DNA from: Nitrosospira multiformis ATCC 25196
GTDB lineage: Bacteria > Pseudomonadota > Gammaproteobacteria > Burkholderiales > Nitrosomonadaceae
Assembly (NCBI RefSeq): GCF_000196355.1
Contig: NC_007614.1
Coordinates: 480,001-512,000, forward strand
Direction of reading: 5' to 3'
Length of the DNA: 32,000 nt
Of this stretch, positions 28,794 through 32,000 are shown piece after piece (within the stretch, counting starts at the first letter, position 1; every line of letters starts with the position of its first letter). Under the pieces are notes generated by a model that ran no database searches, had not been told where the DNA came from, and saw only the letters and a list, made by a program, of their open reading frames with translations. Both the position numbers and the translations under genes were made by a program.

Positions 28794-30805
28794 GGGCCTT
28801 TTCCTCCTCTTCGGGCAGAGGCTGGGTCGTGCCTGGCAGTACGCTGACCCAGGTTCCTGCGCGGCCACATCCAGACACTCAACGCGGCACAGCTTAAGGC
28901 CGCCATCAATGCAGTGAATGTCCATGAATGCAGCAACAGGCCGACGAATAGCAACGAGACGAACAAACCGACAAGGAAAGGGGTATAGGAATCCTCCGGC
29001 ATTTTGAGGATGACAACCGGCTTTGCATCGATGGGCGAGGTGCCGAGTGTTTCCCGGCCCCGCATCAGCAGGTAACCTTCTTCCAATCTAGTCCGGGTAT
29101 GTTCTTTTTCTCCTTCGATCCGCCCCTCCCATAACGGGTGCCGGCTGGCGATCGTAGGAATAGTCGCAAAGTTATAAGCGGGCGGCGGGGAAGATACTGC
29201 CCATTCCAGGGTCGGCGCATCCCACGGATTGGCGCCCGCCCGGGTTCCACGTTTCAGGCTGAGGACGACATTGACGAGGAAGATCAGCACGCCAACGGCG
29301 AATATGAAGGATCCGACAGTCGTAATCAGGTTGACTTCGTCCCATCCCATGCGGGAAGGATAGGTATAAATGCGGCGCGGCATCCCGAGCAGTCCAGCGA
29401 TATGCATTGGAAAGAATCCGGCGTTGAATCCGATAAACATGGTCCAGAAACTCCACTTGCCCAGTTTTTCACTCATCATGCGCCCGGTGAATTTGGGAAA
29501 CCAGTAATAGATCGCTCCTACCACCGGAAACACGTTGATCCCAAGCAGGACATAATGCAGGTGCGCCACGATGAAGTAGGTTTCGTTAAGCTGCCAGTCG
29601 AGCGGCACCGCGGCTGTCATTACTCCCGACATGCCGCCGATGATGAACAGCGCGACGAAACCGGCAAAAAACAGAAAAGGGGTCTTGAATACGGGTTTTC
29701 CCAGCCAGATGGTCGCAATCCAGGCGAAGACGGCGACCGCGCTGGGAATGGAGATGACCATGCTGGCGGCGCCGAAAATCGACAGAGCCACTGTCGGCAG
29801 ACCGGTGGCGAACATATGATGGACCCACACCCCGAAACCGAGCAGCATGGTTGCCATGGTAGCTAGCGCCACTGCCGTGTAACCCACGAGCGGCCGGCGA
29901 CAGAATGTAGGCAGGGCATCGGAAACGATGCCCATTGCCGGAAGCACGACGACATAGACCCAGGGATGGCCGAAAATCCAGAACAAGTGCTGCCAAAGCA
30001 ATGGCTGACCGTTATTTGCGACATCAAAAAAATGCGCGCCTATCTGGCGATCAAGCCACAACAGAAAGAACGCGAGGCTGACGGCGGGGATTGCGAACAG
30101 GTTGGCCACGGACGCGGTGAGCGTTCCCCACACCAGGATGGGAACGCGGTTTATGGTCATGCCCGGCGCCCGCATCCTGAACAGCGTAACCACGAAATTA
30201 ACCGACCCTACCGTTGTGGAAATTCCGAGCAACACCATGCCGAGCGCAAAGACGTCGATATTGGGTCCGGTGTTGTATACCGGGCCCGAGAAAGGCACAT
30301 AATTGAACCAGCCCGCATTCGGCGCCTGCCCCAGAGGGAAGCTGATGTACATGAAGAGGCCGGCGAACAGAAAAATCCAGTAGGAGAGTGCATTGAGGCG
30401 CGGAAAGGCCATATCCCTGGAACCGAGCAAAAGCGGCCAGAGGTAGTTGGAGAAACCGGACAGAACCGGCAATGCATAGAGGAAAATCATGGTCACGCCA
30501 TGCATCGTGAAAAGCTGGTTGTATTGCTCCGGTGTCAGAAACGCCATATCCGGCCCGGCAAGCTGGATGCGCAGGAACAGCGCTTCGATTCCGCCGATCA
30601 CGAGGAAAAGAAAGGCCGTGACGAGATATCGTACTCCGATCGTTTTATGGTCTACTGTGGAGAGCCATCCGCGCCAACCTGGCGCCGTCTCCCAGATCTT
30701 CTCCAGACGCGCTTCGATTGGGGACCCCGCGGGAATACGTCCCACTTCCGGGATCCGTTCGAGAGGGGGGTCGATGCGATGCCGGGTGGCGTCGATAGCA
30801 GCCAT
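28790..30805 (-). CDS. Heme-copper oxidase subunit I, atypical (GHPWVY; PSAVA in place of PTGIK)
   Basis: 671 aa; low-spin heme FTMHG, GHPWVY, WVHHMF, FIVAHLHYVLLG, GMPRRIYTYPS; long C-terminal extension. Confidence 0.96.
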   Translation of the reverse strand: MAAIDATRHRIDPPLERIPEVGRIPAGSPIEARLEKIWETAPGWRGWLSTVDHKTIGVRYLVTAFLFLVIGGIEALFLRIQLAGPDMAFLTPEQYNQLFTMHGVTMIFLYALPVLSGFSNYLWPLLLGSRDMAFPRLNALSYWIFLFAGLFMYISFPLGQAPNAGWFNYVPFSGPVYNTGPNIDVFALGMVLLGISTTVGSVNFVVTLFRMRAPGMTINRVPILVWGTLTASVANLFAIPAVSLAFFLLWLDRQIGAHFFDVANNGQPLLWQHLFWIFGHPWVYVVVLPAMGIVSDALPTFCRRPLVGYTAVALATMATMLLGFGVWVHHMFATGLPTVALSIFGAASMVISIPSAVAVFAWIATIWLGKPVFKTPFLFFAGFVALFIIGGMSGVMTAAVPLDWQLNETYFIVAHLHYVLLGINVFPVVGAIYYWFPKFTGRMMSEKLGKWSFWTMFIGFNAGFFPMHIAGLLGMPRRIYTYPSRMGWDEVNLITTVGSFIFAVGVLIFLVNVVLSLKRGTRAGANPWDAPTLEWAVSSPPPAYNFATIPTIASRHPLWEGRIEGEKEHTRTRLEEGYLLMRGRETLGTSPIDAKPVVILKMPEDSYTPFLVGLFVSLLFVGLLLHSWTFTALMAALSCAALSVWMWPRRNLGQRTARHDPASARRGGKGP

Positions 30806-30814
30806 ACTCTAGTT

Positions 30815-31876
30815 CTAGTCCAGTGTCGAAAGATAGGAGGCCAGTGCTGAAGCTTCACTGTCCGATAATGCAATACTTGGCATGCGTGCTCCCGGCTTGA
30901 AGTATTGTGCGCGGGTAATCCACTCCATCAGGTGATCCGGTGTATTGGTCAACAGTCCGGCAGCAATGCGACCGCGCGAGTTCAGATGCGTGAGATCAGG
31001 ACCGTGCAGGCCTTCCGCTTCCGTTCCACGCACCGCGTGGCATCCCCCGCAGCGATCCATGAACAGCTTGTATCCATGCTCATTGTGTTCTGACACTGGG
31101 AAAGCCGTGCGGCGCTGGGCCTCTTGCCATTTCTCGAAATCCCGATCGCTTTCTGCAATCACTTCCAGATTCATATGGGCGTGGGCCGCTCCACAAAATT
31201 GTGCGCATTGACCGGCATAAATGCCGGGGACGTCTGCCTGAATCCACTTCTGATTGACCAGGCCCGGAATCATTTGAGTTTTTCCGGCGAGTACAGGTAC
31301 CCAGAACGCATGAATGACGTCCGCGCTTTTCAACTTGAGCAGCACCGGTCTGCCTACAGGTATATGAATTTCATTGGCGGTCACAAAACGTTTCGCCGGA
31401 TCGCCATGCTCGTATTCAATGTTCCACCACCAGTCGTAACCCGTTACGGTCAGGGTGAGGACTGGAGTTTCGGTGGGCTTGGCAACCGCATTGAGCACGG
31501 TCAGGAAATGAACGGTGAGCCCCGCCAATATGAAGGTGGAAATCCCTGTACCGATATAAACCCATTTGAGTCCTCCGCTCTCGGCCCCGATCATGCCGGA
31601 GTCGGCAGAGCTGCGCTTGCGAACTATGGCGATTACCAGTAGCAGTATGACGATAAGGGTAATGGCGGAGAGCAAAGCCGTCATCAGCCACCCCAGATGC
31701 ATTACGGGCGTGGCGGCAGGGCCGTAGCTGTGCAGGAAATAGTTTAAAGGGGTGCTGAGCGTGTCTGCTGCTTCGGATGGTCTTGCAGCGACCATGGATG
31801 GCGCCAGAAGCGTTATCCGGAAACGTAGGTTTTTTATTGCCGGCCTGGAATCGAAACCTGACTTGGAAGCTTTCAT
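30815..31876 (-). CDS. Cytochrome c oxidase subunit II with fused C-terminal cytochrome c domain (caa3-like)
   Basis: 353 aa; CuA motif CAQFCGAAHAHM and DVIHAFWVP; C-terminal CGGCHAVRG…GPDLTHL…RMPS mono-heme cytochrome c. Confidence 0.95.
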   Translation of the reverse strand: MKASKSGFDSRPAIKNLRFRITLLAPSMVAARPSEAADTLSTPLNYFLHSYGPAATPVMHLGWLMTALLSAITLIVILLLVIAIVRKRSSADSGMIGAESGGLKWVYIGTGISTFILAGLTVHFLTVLNAVAKPTETPVLTLTVTGYDWWWNIEYEHGDPAKRFVTANEIHIPVGRPVLLKLKSADVIHAFWVPVLAGKTQMIPGLVNQKWIQADVPGIYAGQCAQFCGAAHAHMNLEVIAESDRDFEKWQEAQRRTAFPVSEHNEHGYKLFMDRCGGCHAVRGTEAEGLHGPDLTHLNSRGRIAAGLLTNTPDHLMEWITRAQYFKPGARMPSIALSDSEASALASYLSTLD

Positions 31877-32000
31877 GGCTTAACCAACTCCAGTGTACGC
31901 AGAGATGCAGCGATAAGCGCGATTCCGACTGCGACGGAGTGACCAAAGGCCGAACGGACTGCAAGAGAATATCGAGGTCCGTTAACCTGTGCTGGCGTGC
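31873..32000 (-). CDS. 3' end of an upstream CDS truncated by the right edge; ATGA overlap with oxidase subunit II
   Basis: Open minus frame to the edge (…TPAQVNGPRYSLAVRSAFGHSVAVGIALIAASLRTLELVKP*), stop TGA at 31875-31873 overlapping ATG at 31876-31874. Confidence 0.5.
   Translation of the reverse strand, partial: TPAQVNGPRYSLAVRSAFGHSVAVGIALIAASLRTLELVKP

Noticed and set aside
28790-30805. Assignment of the oxidase as the sNOR (NorSY) nitric oxide reductase known from ammonia oxidizers
   Set aside because: Subunit II carries a fused heme c, a subunit III is present and subunit I has a long C-terminal extension, which fits a caa3/coxMNOP-like enzyme better. Not excluded without a tree.
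29966-30850. 294-aa plus-strand ORF
   Set aside because: Fully antisense to the well-supported oxidase subunit I; low-complexity charged composition typical of a reverse shadow frame.

Overview
A gene-dense 32 kb chromosomal window from a betaproteobacterium. Gene order and the redox gene content suggest a Nitrosospira/Nitrosomonadaceae-like ammonia oxidizer, but that is inference and no database was searched. Most of it is conserved core: corA-ppx-phoU-rpiA (minus), ilvA (plus), hfq-hflX-hflK-hflC-yjeT/DUF2065-hisZ-purA (minus), rppH / proS (divergent) and leuA-yihY-tlpA-like (minus). Less ordinary parts are a tandem pair of beta-barrel outer-membrane proteins, a di-heme MauG/CcpA-type peroxidase next to hfq, and a caa3-like heme-copper oxidase cluster (subunits II-I-III, a small membrane protein and a tri-heme cytochrome c) convergent with a SCO1/SenC-ctaG pair. 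The strongest observation is that oxidase subunit I keeps all heme/CuB ligands and the active-site Tyr, but has Trp where the D-channel Glu should be (GHPWVY for GHPEVY) and Ala where the K-channel Lys should be (IPSAVAVF for VPTGIKVF). It also shows altered Mg-site residues. Regulatory findings are a Leu-rich putative leader peptide and a 16-bp perfect tandem repeat upstream of a TTG-initiated leuA, plus several strong intergenic hairpins. I saw no rRNA, tRNA, CRISPR array, IS element or prophage.
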